DNA of 62,925 nucleotides, counting the filler, from Coriobacteriales bacterium (GTDB lineage Bacteria; Actinomycetota; Coriobacteriia; Coriobacteriales; UBA8131): NCBI GenBank assembly GCA_031263105.1. It is 5 parts of 5 records of this genome, joined end to end, with 100 filler letters (N's around TTAATTAATTAA, not from the genome) between each part and the next. Parts side by side here need not be neighbours in the genome. Positions count along the whole stretch, not along the records: positions 19,360 to 42,458 come from JAISGJ010000194.1; 4 more parts are not named here. One strand, given 5' to 3'. Position numbers and translations under genes: made by a program. Below are positions 27,259-37,338 of this stretch, piece by piece (position 1 is the stretch's first letter; every line of letters starts with the position of its first letter). Under the pieces are notes generated by a model. That model was not told where the DNA came from and ran no database searches. It was given only the letters and a program-made list of their open reading frames with translations.

Positions 27259-28491
27259 TCACTTGATGCGGCACAGGATTGCGAAGCTGATGCCGAAGGC
27301 GCTGATGCCGAACACGACAGAGGCCATCATCGCCCATTGGTCGAGCGCGGGGCCGAGCACCAGGGCCGGCAGCATCGTGCCGAGGAACTGCCCTATGCTC
27401 TGGATGACGGTGAGCAGCCCCATGCCGACGGCAAGCATCGCGGGATCGCCGATCAGCCGCGGATACACGGCCACCGCCACGGTGGGGGCGCCCATGCCCA
27501 GCAGGCCCATCAGCGCCACGCCCAGCCAAAGCGTCGTCCCCGTGGAGGTGAACATGCAGAACACCGCCAAGGCCATGGCGATGAGACCGACAAGGTAGAG
27601 GAGCTTGTACCTTCCCGTGCGGTCGGCGATGATGCCGAAGGCCACCGATGTGACTATCGAGAGCAGCATGGGCAGCGTGGACACCAGGCCGGAGAGCGTA
27701 GGGCTGAAGTCGTTCTGTTGCAGATAGGTGGGCGAGAAGGTCAGGGTCGTGAGCAGCAGTATCTGGAACACGACAAAGGAGGCGAAGAACAGCAGCATGT
27801 TACGGGTGAGCAGCAGCCGGTAGGCGGCAGGGGGCGTGCGGGCTACAGGGGATGCACGGTCGGCAGGGGGCGTGCCGCCTCCCGGTGCGCGTCCCGGCAC
27901 CGTCGCACGGTCCGGCTCCCCGCGCCGGTCGTCGACGACGAGGAACAGCGCCATGCCTGCCGCCATCGTGAGCGCGGCATATCCCAGCCAGACGCCGAGC
28001 AGCCCACCGAGCTCGAAGACGGTGGGCGTGAGCACCCCTGCAAGGAAGGCCCCGAGCATCCCGCCCACTATCCAAAGCCCGGTCGCGACGCCGCGCCTGT
28101 CGGGGGCGATCTTATGCTGCACCACGACAGGGCCCGAGACTATGAGCAAGGTGAGCGCCATGCCCTCGAAGACACGGCAGGCGTACAGGACCGCCACGTT
28201 CTCCGACATGATGCCCAACGAGGCCGCCGCGACGATGCCGACAGACGCAAGCAATGCGTTCTTGGCACCGATGCGGTGCACGAGAAGCCCTGCCGGCAAC
28301 GCCAGGAAGATACCGACGAAGGTGAAGGCCGGCATCAGGAACGTGGTCTGCCGGACGTCCATGACGCCGCTGGCGACGATGCCGGGGATGATGGTCGGAA
28401 CCTTGTACTGCACCATGGTGACGGATACGGCAACCGCCATCACCGCCATGGAGACGACAAGGAAGTTCTGATACGTTCCGCGCTGCTCCAC
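27259..28491 (-). CDS. MFS transporter
   Basis: About 12 hydrophobic segments; GLLVHRIGAK and GIIADRTGRYK motif-A-like loops. Confidence 0.88.
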   Translation of the reverse strand: MEQRGTYQNFLVVSMAVMAVAVSVTMVQYKVPTIIPGIVASGVMDVRQTTFLMPAFTFVGIFLALPAGLLVHRIGAKNALLASVGIVAAASLGIMSENVAVLYACRVFEGMALTLLIVSGPVVVQHKIAPDRRGVATGLWIVGGMLGAFLAGVLTPTVFELGGLLGVWLGYAALTMAAGMALFLVVDDRRGEPDRATVPGRAPGGGTPPADRASPVARTPPAAYRLLLTRNMLLFFASFVVFQILLLTTLTFSPTYLQQNDFSPTLSGLVSTLPMLLSIVTSVAFGIIADRTGRYKLLYLVGLIAMALAVFCMFTSTGTTLWLGVALMGLLGMGAPTVAVAVYPRLIGDPAMLAVGMGLLTVIQSIGQFLGTMLPALVLGPALDQWAMMASVVFGISAFGISFAILCRIK

Positions 28492-28660
28492 TCGCCCCTC
28501 CTCATCTCACAGACACGCTCACAACGGAGACGATGACTGCTCATCGTCTCCCGAGGGCCTTTTCGACCGTACTCCAGTATGAACGGCCCTCGCTTCTACC
28601 GGAAGCCGCTGCATCGGTAGCTTCCTCCAAGGATTCTTCGTCTGGATGTATGTTGCTACA

Positions 28661-28810
28661 GTTCACACCCCACTGTCATTCCGAGCCCCGCCGAGGAATC
28701 TTTGGACACGCAGTGTCCAACGGCAGGTCAGGAGGTCCTTTGACCTGCGGTCGACCGCTTGCGCGGTCGAGGATCCCTCGGCAGGCTCGGGATGACAGTG
28801 GGGTGTGAAC
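28661..28810. repeat. Palindromic REP/MITE-like element
   Basis: GTTCACACCCCACTGTCATTCCGAGC...GCTCGGGATGACAGTGGGGTGTGAAC; interior nearly identical to 60835-60970. Confidence 0.9.
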
Positions 28811-28856
28811 GGTAACGTCTGTTTGCACAAGCTGGTACGGAATGTGCGATTTCCCC

Positions 28857-28885
28857 TTGACAGCTTCAGTTAGAGGAACTAAACT
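28857..28885 (+). promoter_or_regulatory. Sigma70 promoter of the iron operon overlapped by a DtxR-type palindrome
   Basis: TTGACA (28857-62), 17-bp spacer, TAAACT (28880-85); TTAG-N5-CTAA at 28870-28882. Confidence 0.65.
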
Positions 28886-28993
28886 TCACAGGAGTTAAAC
28901 AGTCCTTACAAATGGGCCGAGCGGGAGCAGGCCCGGTGGAACGGTCGGTCGGGACAAGAGAGCGCAGGACGGGGAACACCTTTGGCAACCACG

Positions 28994-30238
28994 ATGAGAC
29001 TCCATACCCTTGGGCGGGCCCTGCCCGGCATCTTGGCCGTCCTTCTGGCGCTCGTCTTCGCGTTTCCCCCCGTTGCCGCCCATGCCGCAGACAATGCGGA
29101 CTACGAGTCCTGGAACCAGATCGTCGACGAGATGGAGGACATCCTCGACGACTCCTATGCGATATACGGGGAAGGCGACGCGAAGGCCGCGAAGGCGCGC
29201 GTCGATGACGCGTACTACGGCTACTACGAGGCGCTCGGATTCGAGAAGACGGTCATGGCGCATATCTCGGGGGATCGGGCGGCCGAGGTCGAGTACAACT
29301 TCAGCTTCGCCAAGCGCGCCATGGAAGAAGGGCGCAGCGACGATGCCCGCGCATCGCTCGACACCCTCGTCCGCCTGCTCAGAGAGGACGCGAACACCCT
29401 CGACGGCTCCGCCGGAAACCCCTTTGTGGCCTTCCTGGGGTCGCTTGCCATCATCGTCCGCGAGGGCTTCGAGGCCATACTGGTGGTCGGTGCCATCATC
29501 GCCTATCTGGTGAAGAGCGGCAACAAGGCGCAGACGCGGCCGGTCTACATCGGCTCGGCCCTTGCGCTGGTCGCAAGCGTGGCCCTTGCCTTTCTCCTCA
29601 CGGCCCTCTCGGCCGCAAGCAGCGCGAACCAGGAGATCATCGAGGGCGCCACCATGCTGTTCGCGGTCGTCGTGCTGTTCTATGTGAGCAACTGGATGAT
29701 ATCGAAGGCTGATTCCTCGTCGTGGAAGTCCTATATCGAGGGGAAGGTGCAGGCCTCGGTCAGCCGGGGCAGCGTGTTCGCCTTGGCCTTCGCCGCCTTT
29801 CTGGCGGTCTTTCGCGAGGGTGCCGAGACCATCCTGTTCTACGGCGCCCTGTTCTCAGGTTCGGGCGAGGAGAGCGCAGGCATGATTTGGGTGGGCCTCG
29901 GAGTCGGCCTCGTCATGCTCGTCGTGCTGTTCGTGCTCATACGCTTCCTCTCCATCAGGCTGCCGCTCAAGCCTTTCTTCATGGCGACCAGCCTCCTGAT
30001 GTTCCTGCTCTGCATCGTTTTCGTCGGCTCAGGCGTCAAAGAGCTCCAGGAAGGCAACGTGATAGGGGTCACCTCCCTGCCCGGCCTTCCGTCAGTGGAC
30101 CTGCTGGGAATCTACCCCACGCTCGAGACCTTGGTCCCGCAGGTCGTCCTTTTGGTTATCTCGGTAGCGACCATCGTCTACCAGATACGTAAGTGGAAGA
30201 AGAACCGGACCATCAGAGAAGAAGGAGAAACACGATGA
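28994..30238 (+). CDS. FTR1 family iron permease (FetM-like)
   Basis: Two REGxE motifs (REGFE, REGAE); N-terminal extracellular domain; LGIYPTLET. Confidence 0.92.
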   Translation: MRLHTLGRALPGILAVLLALVFAFPPVAAHAADNADYESWNQIVDEMEDILDDSYAIYGEGDAKAAKARVDDAYYGYYEALGFEKTVMAHISGDRAAEVEYNFSFAKRAMEEGRSDDARASLDTLVRLLREDANTLDGSAGNPFVAFLGSLAIIVREGFEAILVVGAIIAYLVKSGNKAQTRPVYIGSALALVASVALAFLLTALSAASSANQEIIEGATMLFAVVVLFYVSNWMISKADSSSWKSYIEGKVQASVSRGSVFALAFAAFLAVFREGAETILFYGALFSGSGEESAGMIWVGLGVGLVMLVVLFVLIRFLSIRLPLKPFFMATSLLMFLLCIVFVGSGVKELQEGNVIGVTSLPGLPSVDLLGIYPTLETLVPQVVLLVISVATIVYQIRKWKKNRTIREEGETR

Positions 30239-30816
30239 AGCACAGAATTGTCTTGGCGTTCGTGGCCTGTCTTGCCGCCGCTTTTGCGCTGGTAGGATGT
30301 GCGCAGACCGGTGGCGAGGGGAGCGCAACGGGCCCGCAGGACGCGGGCGGCTTCGAAGAGTACCCGATAGGCGACGACCTCGTGCTGGGGCCGCTCAACG
30401 TCGCGGGCGTCTACTTCCAGCCCGTCGACATGGAGCCTGCGGGCAACTCGCTGCCCGCCGCTGAGAGCGACATGCACATCGAGGCTGACATATCGGCCGC
30501 CGAGGGCACCGAGCTCGGTTACGGCGTCGGCGACTTCGTGCCGAACCTCACGGTGAACTACGAGATCGAGGACGCGGACGGCAACGTGCAGGAAGGCGCC
30601 TTCATGCCCATGAGCGCCTCCGACGGCCCCCACTACGGCGCGAACGTGAAGATCGGGCCTGCGGGCACCTACAAGGTCCGCTTCATCATCGAGAGTCCCG
30701 AGGAGCAGGGCTACCTGCTGCACACGGATGCCGAGACGGGCGTCGAGGGCAAGTTCTGGACGACTCCCCTCGTCGCCGAGTGGGAGGAATTCGACTGGGT
30801 TCCCCGCGAGTGGTAG
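30235..30816 (+). CDS. P19/Tp34/FetP iron-copper binding lipoprotein
   Basis: Lipobox ALVGC; EYPIG, VYFQPVDMEP, HIEADI, FMPMSASDGPHYGAN, HTDAETGV. Confidence 0.92.
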   Translation: MKHRIVLAFVACLAAAFALVGCAQTGGEGSATGPQDAGGFEEYPIGDDLVLGPLNVAGVYFQPVDMEPAGNSLPAAESDMHIEADISAAEGTELGYGVGDFVPNLTVNYEIEDADGNVQEGAFMPMSASDGPHYGANVKIGPAGTYKVRFIIESPEEQGYLLHTDAETGVEGKFWTTPLVAEWEEFDWVPREW

Positions 30817-32148
30817 ATGCTTGAATACTTTATAGAGACCCAGCAGCACACGCTCTTCCTTGCACTCCTGCTGCCGCCCCTGGGGATTTCCGTCTCCCGG
30901 GTCGGCGGCAGGCCTGCGTTCAGGCGCTTCCTCGTCGGCTTGGCCGCAGGGGCCGGCGCGGCGGTCGCGCTGGCACTCCTCAAGACCTTCACCGGATGGA
31001 TTGTCACCGAATACTGGAGCATGGGCTTCATGGCCGGCGTCCTGCTCTTCGGGGCGCTCTTCCTCTTGGCCGACCTGCGCCTGGTCTTTAGGAGGAACGA
31101 GCGCAGGGCGCAGGGGCTGCTGCTGTGGTCGGCCCTGCTCCTTGCGGCCTTTCTTGCGGCCTATGTGCTGAGGGGCGACCTGGTCGCCATCCGAGAGTTC
31201 ATACAGGCGGACGAGAGCCTCTTCGACGTCGCCGTGGTCTACCGCGCCCTCGGTTGGCTGGGAGGCCTCCTCGTCGTCGCGCTGTGCGCCGCCGGGACGA
31301 CCGTGGCGGCAAGGGGCGTTACGGAGAATGCCCTGCGCCCTCTGCGGAGCGCCCTGCTCCTCGTCTACCTCGTGTACGGGATCCTCTCGACCGTGCAGAT
31401 CCTCTATGCGCACCACATGATCCCGCGCGCGTCATGGATCCGCGCCGTGCTGCAAGTCTCCATCAACCAAGGCGACGCCTTCCTGTACGCGAGCATGGCC
31501 CTGACCGTGGCGCTGGTCGTGTGCGCCCTCGTCGCCCAGCGGCGCTCCCTGGCAGCCGCAAGGCCGGGGCAGGCGACGGCTGCCCCGGAGGCGGCGCCCA
31601 CAGCGGACCCCCCGACCTCCTCCCCCTCCTCCCCCTCCCAGACGAACCCCGCCCTCTGGAGGAAGGCCCGGGCGGCATGGCGCAGGGTGCGCCGCTGGGG
31701 CACGGTCGTCGTCGCGGGCATGGCCGTCACCGTCCTCTCCCTGACCGTCGGCGTGGCCTACAACGAGCGGGGCATCGAGCTCAGCCCCGCCGAGCCCTTG
31801 GAGTACGTCGGCACAACGGTGCAGGTGCCGCTTGCGAGCATCGAGGACGGGCACTTGCACCGATTCGCGCACGTGACGGAGGCGGGGACCGAGGTGCGCT
31901 TCATCATCATCAAAAAGAACGCGACGGCCTACGGCGTGGGGCTCGACGCCTGCAACGTCTGCGGCCCCACGGGCTACTACGAGCGCGACGACCAGGTCGT
32001 CTGCAAGATGTGCGACGTCGTCATGAACAAGCAGACCATCGGCTTCCCGGGAGGGTGCAACCCCGTCCCCCTCGGGTTCGAGGTCAAAGAGGGCGTCCTC
32101 AGCATCGAGCTCTCACTGCTCGAACAGGAAGCCGGGCGTTTCGAGTAA
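30817..32148 (+). CDS. DUF2318 membrane protein with a Cys-rich C-terminal domain
   Basis: Multi-TM N-terminus; DGHLHRF, DACNVCG..GYY, VVCKMC, GGCNPVP. Confidence 0.88.
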   Translation: MLEYFIETQQHTLFLALLLPPLGISVSRVGGRPAFRRFLVGLAAGAGAAVALALLKTFTGWIVTEYWSMGFMAGVLLFGALFLLADLRLVFRRNERRAQGLLLWSALLLAAFLAAYVLRGDLVAIREFIQADESLFDVAVVYRALGWLGGLLVVALCAAGTTVAARGVTENALRPLRSALLLVYLVYGILSTVQILYAHHMIPRASWIRAVLQVSINQGDAFLYASMALTVALVVCALVAQRRSLAAARPGQATAAPEAAPTADPPTSSPSSPSQTNPALWRKARAAWRRVRRWGTVVVAGMAVTVLSLTVGVAYNERGIELSPAEPLEYVGTTVQVPLASIEDGHLHRFAHVTEAGTEVRFIIIKKNATAYGVGLDACNVCGPTGYYERDDQVVCKMCDVVMNKQTIGFPGGCNPVPLGFEVKEGVLSIELSLLEQEAGRFE

Positions 32149-32198
32149 CGCAGACAGGGGACGGCCCGTCCGTGGCGGGCCGACGAAAGGCAGGCACG

Positions 32199-33482
32199 AT
32201 GTTCGTCAGGATGATACTGGGAGCCCTGTTCAGACAGAAGGGCAAGATGCTGATGATCGCCCTCACCGTGGCGCTCGGCACCTCCCTTGCGTCCGCGATG
32301 CTCAACGTCATGCTCGACGTCGGCGACAAGGTGAACCGCGAGCTCAAGGCCTACGGCGCGAACATCAACGTGCTCCCACGCGGCGCCCTGCTCCTGAGCG
32401 ACCTGTACGGGATGGAGAACGTGCCGGAAAGCCCTGAGAACTACCTCGCGGAAGAGGACGTGCTCAAAGTAAAGACCATCTTCTGGGCCCACAACATCGT
32501 GGACTTCACCCCGCTCCTCGACACGACCGGGACCGTCGAGGGCGACGCCGAGGCGCTCAAGGTGACGGGGACCTGGTACCAGAAGCGCCTCGATTTGCCC
32601 ACCGGCGAGGAGGTCACGACCGGCATACAACAGATGCGCAGCTGGTGGAGGATCGAGGGCGAATGGCTGAGCGACGACGACGCGCAAGGGGCCCTGATAG
32701 GCTCTGCGGTGGCCGAGCGCTGCGGGCTTGCGGTGGGCGACGGCCTCACGCTGGACGTGCAGGGCGCCGGGCGCGACCTCGTCGTCAGGGGGATAGTCGA
32801 TGCGGGAGGCGACGAGGACGCCCAGGTCTTCGTCACGCTCGCGACCGCGCAGGAGCTCGCCGACAAGCAGGGGAAGGTCAGCAGCTTCGAGGTCAGCGCG
32901 CTCACCACCCCCGACAACGACCTCGCCCGCCGCGCGGCGGAGAACCCGCGCAGCCTTTCGGCCAAAGAGCATGAGACCTGGTACTGCACGGCCTACGTGA
33001 GCTCCATCTGCTACCAGATAGACGAGGTGGTGCCGGGCGGCGTTGCGAAGGCGGTACGGCAGGTCGCCGAGTCGGAGGGGACGATCCTGGAAAAGACGCA
33101 GCTGCTGATGCTGCTGATAACCGTGTTGAGCCTGCTCGGTGCCGCGCTCGGCATCTCGAACCTCATATCCGCAAGCGTCATGGAGCGCAGCGCGGAGATA
33201 GGGCTGCTGAAGGCCCTGGGGGCGCACGACGTCCCGCTGTCCTGGCTCGTGCTGTTGGAGATACTGCTCGTGGGGCTCGCCGGAGGGGCGGCGGGCTACT
33301 TCGCAGGCTTCGGCTTCGCGCAGATCATCGGGCAGTCCGTGTTCGGCGCACCGGTCGCCGCAGCACCCATGGTGGTGCCGTTGCTCACCGTCCTCGTGGT
33401 GCTGGTCATCGGTATCGGAAGCCTTCCCTCCCTGCGCTACCTGCTCTCGCTCAGGCCGGCCGAAGTGCTGCACGGGAGATAG
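32199..33482 (+). CDS. ABC transporter permease (FtsX/MacB-like) of the iron operon
   Basis: [42 protein letters not shown]. Confidence 0.9.
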   Translation: MFVRMILGALFRQKGKMLMIALTVALGTSLASAMLNVMLDVGDKVNRELKAYGANINVLPRGALLLSDLYGMENVPESPENYLAEEDVLKVKTIFWAHNIVDFTPLLDTTGTVEGDAEALKVTGTWYQKRLDLPTGEEVTTGIQQMRSWWRIEGEWLSDDDAQGALIGSAVAERCGLAVGDGLTLDVQGAGRDLVVRGIVDAGGDEDAQVFVTLATAQELADKQGKVSSFEVSALTTPDNDLARRAAENPRSLSAKEHETWYCTAYVSSICYQIDEVVPGGVAKAVRQVAESEGTILEKTQLLMLLITVLSLLGAALGISNLISASVMERSAEIGLLKALGAHDVPLSWLVLLEILLVGLAGGAAGYFAGFGFAQIIGQSVFGAPVAAAPMVVPLLTVLVVLVIGIGSLPSLRYLLSLRPAEVLHGR

Positions 33483-33493
33483 GGAGACTGACG

Positions 33494-34636
33494 ATGCAGG
33501 TCAAACGCAGCATGTTCTATCTGCGGACGGTGCTCGCCTCGCTGGTGCGAAGGCGCTCCCGCCTGCTGGTCGCCCTCCTCTCCATCACGATAGGCGCGAC
33601 CATCCTCTCGGGGCTGGTGACCATCTTCTACGACATACCGCGCCAGATGGGGCAGGAGTTCCGCTCGTATGGCGCGAACATGGTGCTTCTGCCTGCAAAC
33701 GGGAGCACGGCCATAGACCCCGGACAGCTTGAGGATGCGCTGGGCGCCCTGCCGGCCGACGACGTGGTCGGAGCGGCCCCCTACCGCTACGACACCGTTG
33801 CAGTCAACGACCTCCCCTTCATCCTCGCAGGCACCGACTTCGCGGGGGCACGGGCATCGAGCCCCTTCTGGGGCGTCACGGGCGAATGGCCCTCCGGGCG
33901 CAACCAGGCGCTGGTCGGCCGCGAGATAGCGAACACCTTCCGGCTCGAGGCGGGAAAGAGCGTCACCGTCTCCGGCACCGACTCTGCGGGCACGCCCTTC
34001 GAGCAGCCATTCCGCGTCGCGGGAATCGTGCAGACCGGCGGGCAGGAGGAGACCTTCGTGTTCATCTCCCTCGACGACTACGGGACCCTCATCGGCGGGC
34101 AGGAGGCCTTCGATGTCGTCGACCTCAGCGTCACGGCCTCCGGCACCGGCCTCGAGGAGATGGCGGCGGCCATCGAGCAAGGGGCCGAAGGGGTCTCCGC
34201 GCAGCTCGTCAGGCGCGTCACCCAGAGCGAGGACACCGTGCTCTCCAAGCTCCGGTCGCTGGTCTACCTCGTCACCGTCGTGGTGCTCGTTCTGACCATG
34301 ATATGCGTCGCGACCACGATGATGGCCGTCGTCGCCGAGCGGCGGCGGGAGATAGGGCTCAGGAAGGCGCTGGGGGCCTCGAACGGCAGCGTCGTCCTCA
34401 ACTTCCTCGGCGAATGCCTGGGTATGGGCCTTCTGGGAGGGGCGCTGGGCTCTCTGCTCGGCTTCGGCCTCGCAGAGCTCGTCAGCCTCCAAGTGTTCAA
34501 CCGCACCATAGACTTCCCGCTTGCCATAGTGCCCCTGACCATAGCGAGCTCGCTGGCGATAACGACCCTCGCCTGCCTTCTGCCTGTACGCAACGCCACG
34601 AGGATAGACCCCGCCGTCGTCCTGAAAGGAGAGTGA
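33494..34636 (+). CDS. ABC transporter permease (FtsX/MacB-like)
   Basis: [33 protein letters not shown]; start may be 33512. Confidence 0.9.
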   Translation: MQVKRSMFYLRTVLASLVRRRSRLLVALLSITIGATILSGLVTIFYDIPRQMGQEFRSYGANMVLLPANGSTAIDPGQLEDALGALPADDVVGAAPYRYDTVAVNDLPFILAGTDFAGARASSPFWGVTGEWPSGRNQALVGREIANTFRLEAGKSVTVSGTDSAGTPFEQPFRVAGIVQTGGQEETFVFISLDDYGTLIGGQEAFDVVDLSVTASGTGLEEMAAAIEQGAEGVSAQLVRRVTQSEDTVLSKLRSLVYLVTVVVLVLTMICVATTMMAVVAERRREIGLRKALGASNGSVVLNFLGECLGMGLLGGALGSLLGFGLAELVSLQVFNRTIDFPLAIVPLTIASSLAITTLACLLPVRNATRIDPAVVLKGE

Positions 34637-34639
34637 CCG

Positions 34640-35305
34640 ATGCCGCAGATGCTGCTGGAACTCAAGGGGATAACCAAGAGCTACGGCTCGCTCGACGCCC
34701 TCCACGACGTGAGCTTCGACGTCGAAAAAGGGGAATGGCTCGCCATCATGGGACCCTCCGGCAGCGGAAAGACCACCATGATGAACATCATCGGCTGCAT
34801 GGACAAGCCGAGCAAGGGGAGCGTGGTGCTCGACGGGCGGGACATCTCCCGGGAGAGCGCCCGGAGCCTGACCGATATCCGGCGGGACACGATAGGGCTG
34901 GTCTTCCAGCAGTTCCACCTCATCAGCTACCTGACCGCCGTCGAGAACGTCATGGTCGCGCAGTACTACCACAGCCTCCCCGACGAGGCGGAGGCGACCT
35001 TGGCGCTCGAGCGCGTCGGCCTCGCGAAGCGCGCACGGCACCTGCCGAGCCAGCTCTCGGGCGGCGAGCAGCAGCGGGTCTGCATCGCGCGGGCCCTCAT
35101 CAACCGGCCGCAGCTGATACTCGCCGACGAGCCGACGGGCAACCTCGACGAGGCCAACGAGGGCAAGGTGCTCGAACTGCTCCGCGAGCTGCACCAAGAG
35201 GGGCGCACCGTCATCGTCGTCACCCACGACCCCGAGGTCGCCGAGCAGGCGCGGCGCACCGTCGTGCTCGAACACGGCCGCGTCCATACGATCCGCGAGA
35301 ATTGA
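34640..35305 (+). CDS. ABC transporter ATP-binding protein
   Basis: [31 protein letters not shown]. Confidence 0.95.
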   Translation: MPQMLLELKGITKSYGSLDALHDVSFDVEKGEWLAIMGPSGSGKTTMMNIIGCMDKPSKGSVVLDGRDISRESARSLTDIRRDTIGLVFQQFHLISYLTAVENVMVAQYYHSLPDEAEATLALERVGLAKRARHLPSQLSGGEQQRVCIARALINRPQLILADEPTGNLDEANEGKVLELLRELHQEGRTVIVVTHDPEVAEQARRTVVLEHGRVHTIREN

Positions 35306-35306
35306 G

Positions 35307-35696
35307 ATGGGGATGAAGGCGGGCGGGCGGGGGACGGCGCGGGCGCGGGCGTTGGCCCTTGCCGCCCTGCTCGCCCTGCTGGCGCTGCTGGGAGCCTGCG
35401 GCTCACAGGCGACGGGGCAGCCCCTGAGTGCGATACACGCGAACGCGGACTCCTGGAGCGCGGACGCCGTCGCCGATGCCGACTGCCTGGGCTGCCACAA
35501 CGGGGCTGCGCTCACACGGGCCACGCAAGGCTACGACGGCGCAGACGACGTGAACGTCCACGAGCCGCCCGCAACCGGCCACTCCCCCACCGCCTGCGCA
35601 TCCTGCCACCGCGTGGAGGCCGCCCCCGTCCTCGCCTGCAACCAGGGCGGCTGCCACGCCTACACCCTCCCCGAAGGCTGGTCCGCGCAGGGCTGA
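35307..35696 (+). CDS. Small triheme c-type cytochrome lipoprotein
   Basis: Lipobox LLGAC; heme motifs CLGCH, CASCH and CNQGGCH (CX4CH); extra His residues as possible distal ligands. Confidence 0.75.
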   Translation: MGMKAGGRGTARARALALAALLALLALLGACGSQATGQPLSAIHANADSWSADAVADADCLGCHNGAALTRATQGYDGADDVNVHEPPATGHSPTACASCHRVEAAPVLACNQGGCHAYTLPEGWSAQG

Positions 35697-35702
35697 CGAG
35701 AC

Positions 35703-36122
35703 TCAGGGCCGCCCCGTGGCGCCTCCGTATCTCCTCCAGAACTCCGCAGGGGTGAGAATCGGATAACGGTCGGCAAGAGCCAACAGGTCTTTGTCGCCTG
35801 TCACTAAAGCCTCTGCCCCCGACTCGGCCAGCAGCGCCAGGACGGGATCGTCCTTGCTGTCGCGAACAGATGCCACGACCTCACTCGGCACAACGATGTC
35901 CGCGCTGAACAGAAAGGTGTCGACAAGTCGGTCTATCTCGGCAGCGCTGAGCGTGTTTCTCGAAAGCCGGGGCAGCACCCTCCTGAACTCATCGAGCAGA
36001 TAGGGGGAGAGCGTCACTTCCAGCGAGCCGTTCCGCCACATCGAGACGATTGCGCCGGGGAGGCCGTGCGGATACGCAATGCCGGACACGAGCACATTGG
36101 TGTCCAGCACGACACGCGTCAA
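35703..36122 (-). CDS. PIN-domain toxin
   Basis: RVVLDTNVLVS, RDSKDD, LVTGDKDLL. Confidence 0.9.
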   Translation of the reverse strand: MTRVVLDTNVLVSGIAYPHGLPGAIVSMWRNGSLEVTLSPYLLDEFRRVLPRLSRNTLSAAEIDRLVDTFLFSADIVVPSEVVASVRDSKDDPVLALLAESGAEALVTGDKDLLALADRYPILTPAEFWRRYGGATGRP

Positions 36123-36409
36123 TGCCGTGCCTCGGATCGCACCGATGCGGAGACGGCCTCGATTTCAGCCATGCCCTCATCTTCAGGAACGGAGGCATAC
36201 GCATCGGCCACCTTGTCGGTCAGCCTGTCAAAGATGTCCCACATCCTCCGGATGCGCTCGTAAAGGGCAGAGTCGATCAAGGCCGCAGCTGGCTTGCCCC
36301 CTTTGTTGATGATGACGGCATCGTTGCTGTACTGAACCCTGGCTATCATCTCCCCGAGGTTCTGACGAAACTTCACCGCTGTGACTTCCTGGACCATCTT
36401 TTGCTCCAA
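36119..36409 (-). CDS. Phd/YefM family antitoxin
   Basis: VTAVKFRQNLGEMI..V...VIINKGGKPAAALI; overlaps the toxin start; start may be 36397. Confidence 0.88.
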   Translation of the reverse strand: MEQKMVQEVTAVKFRQNLGEMIARVQYSNDAVIINKGGKPAAALIDSALYERIRRMWDIFDRLTDKVADAYASVPEDEGMAEIEAVSASVRSEARH

Positions 36410-36575
36410 TCATATCAATCAATATGTTCCATACAATCAGTATATCGACTGTGCCTATCGGGGTCAAAGGCGACAGCGAGGTGGATTGCTCGAGATCGCC
36501 AGCAGAGTGCCGACGGTTTGAGCTGCAACCCAGCCAGTTGTGAGTCCAGCCAGTTGGACTGCTGAGGTAGCCATC

Positions 36576-36780
36576 GCCTTCATTGTGATAGAATTCGAGT
36601 TGCCAAATCTACATGCGGATTCCCTCCGTGGGTTTCAGTATATCCAGCTTGAAGGGCATCGGCCCGACAAGGACATGTTGAATCCCCTGTAGGTTTGGCG
36701 ACTGTGGGCAGATGCCCTTCATCCTGATGAAGGCAGCTCGGTCGCCGAATTACCGGCTAGCTGCGAGGCTCTTTCCACGG
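36576..36780 (+). ncRNA. Candidate structured non-coding or cis-regulatory RNA
   Basis: 16-bp stem 36598-36613/36688-36703 with two G-U pairs, continued by GGATTC/GAATCC; 11-bp pairing 36650-36660/36711-36721; extended -10 TGATAGAAT at 36586-36594. Confidence 0.4.
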
Positions 36781-36973
36781 TTATTCAGACGTGACGTCAC
36801 GATGAATGAGTGGAACGGGGTCAGAAATGAATAATTGCAGCATGCGGCGAACGCTAGTGGTTCAAGGGGAAAGAATCCCAATTTGTGATTATTTGCACAA
36901 CAACTTAAATCAACCTCTTGAGGAATCGGTTTGCGGACACGAAGAGTCAGATAACTGTGAGTTCAACGTAACA

Positions 36974-37174
36974 ATGGCGAAGGGTTCTTGGATGTTGTAC
37001 CTGATCCTGCCACTCTTGTTGCCAGTTGTCGGATCCATTATCGGGCTATACTTTGCGCATAAAAACAGCCAGCGTAACACAAGGGCTGCACAAGCAGTAA
37101 AAAACAGATGGCTTATCGCATCCATTATCGGCTTCATCATATGGATAGTTGTCCTCATTAGTAACTTATCGTAG
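36974..37174 (+). CDS. Small two-TM membrane protein
   Basis: Two hydrophobic stretches separated by a basic loop; start uncertain (ORF is open from 36806). Confidence 0.5.
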   Translation: MAKGSWMLYLILPLLLPVVGSIIGLYFAHKNSQRNTRAAQAVKNRWLIASIIGFIIWIVVLISNLS

Positions 37175-37338
37175 CCATCACAACGTCCGCACAAGCAACA
37201 GCAAAAGCTACGGAGTATTCAAGAGCTAAAGAGCAGAAGCGTTACGACGCTTTCAATGGCGTCATTGTTCCAGAAAAAGGAACAAAAGGAGGCCTCGGGC
37301 AACTCAGGGGCTGAATCAGAGAATGGGGATTGTTGCAC

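Noticed and set aside
36724..36752. Hammerhead ribozyme (CUGAUGA-AGGC...GCC-GAA)
   Set aside because: The core reads GAAU rather than GAAA and I could not form stems I and III around a cleavage triplet; kept only as part of the generic structured-RNA candidate
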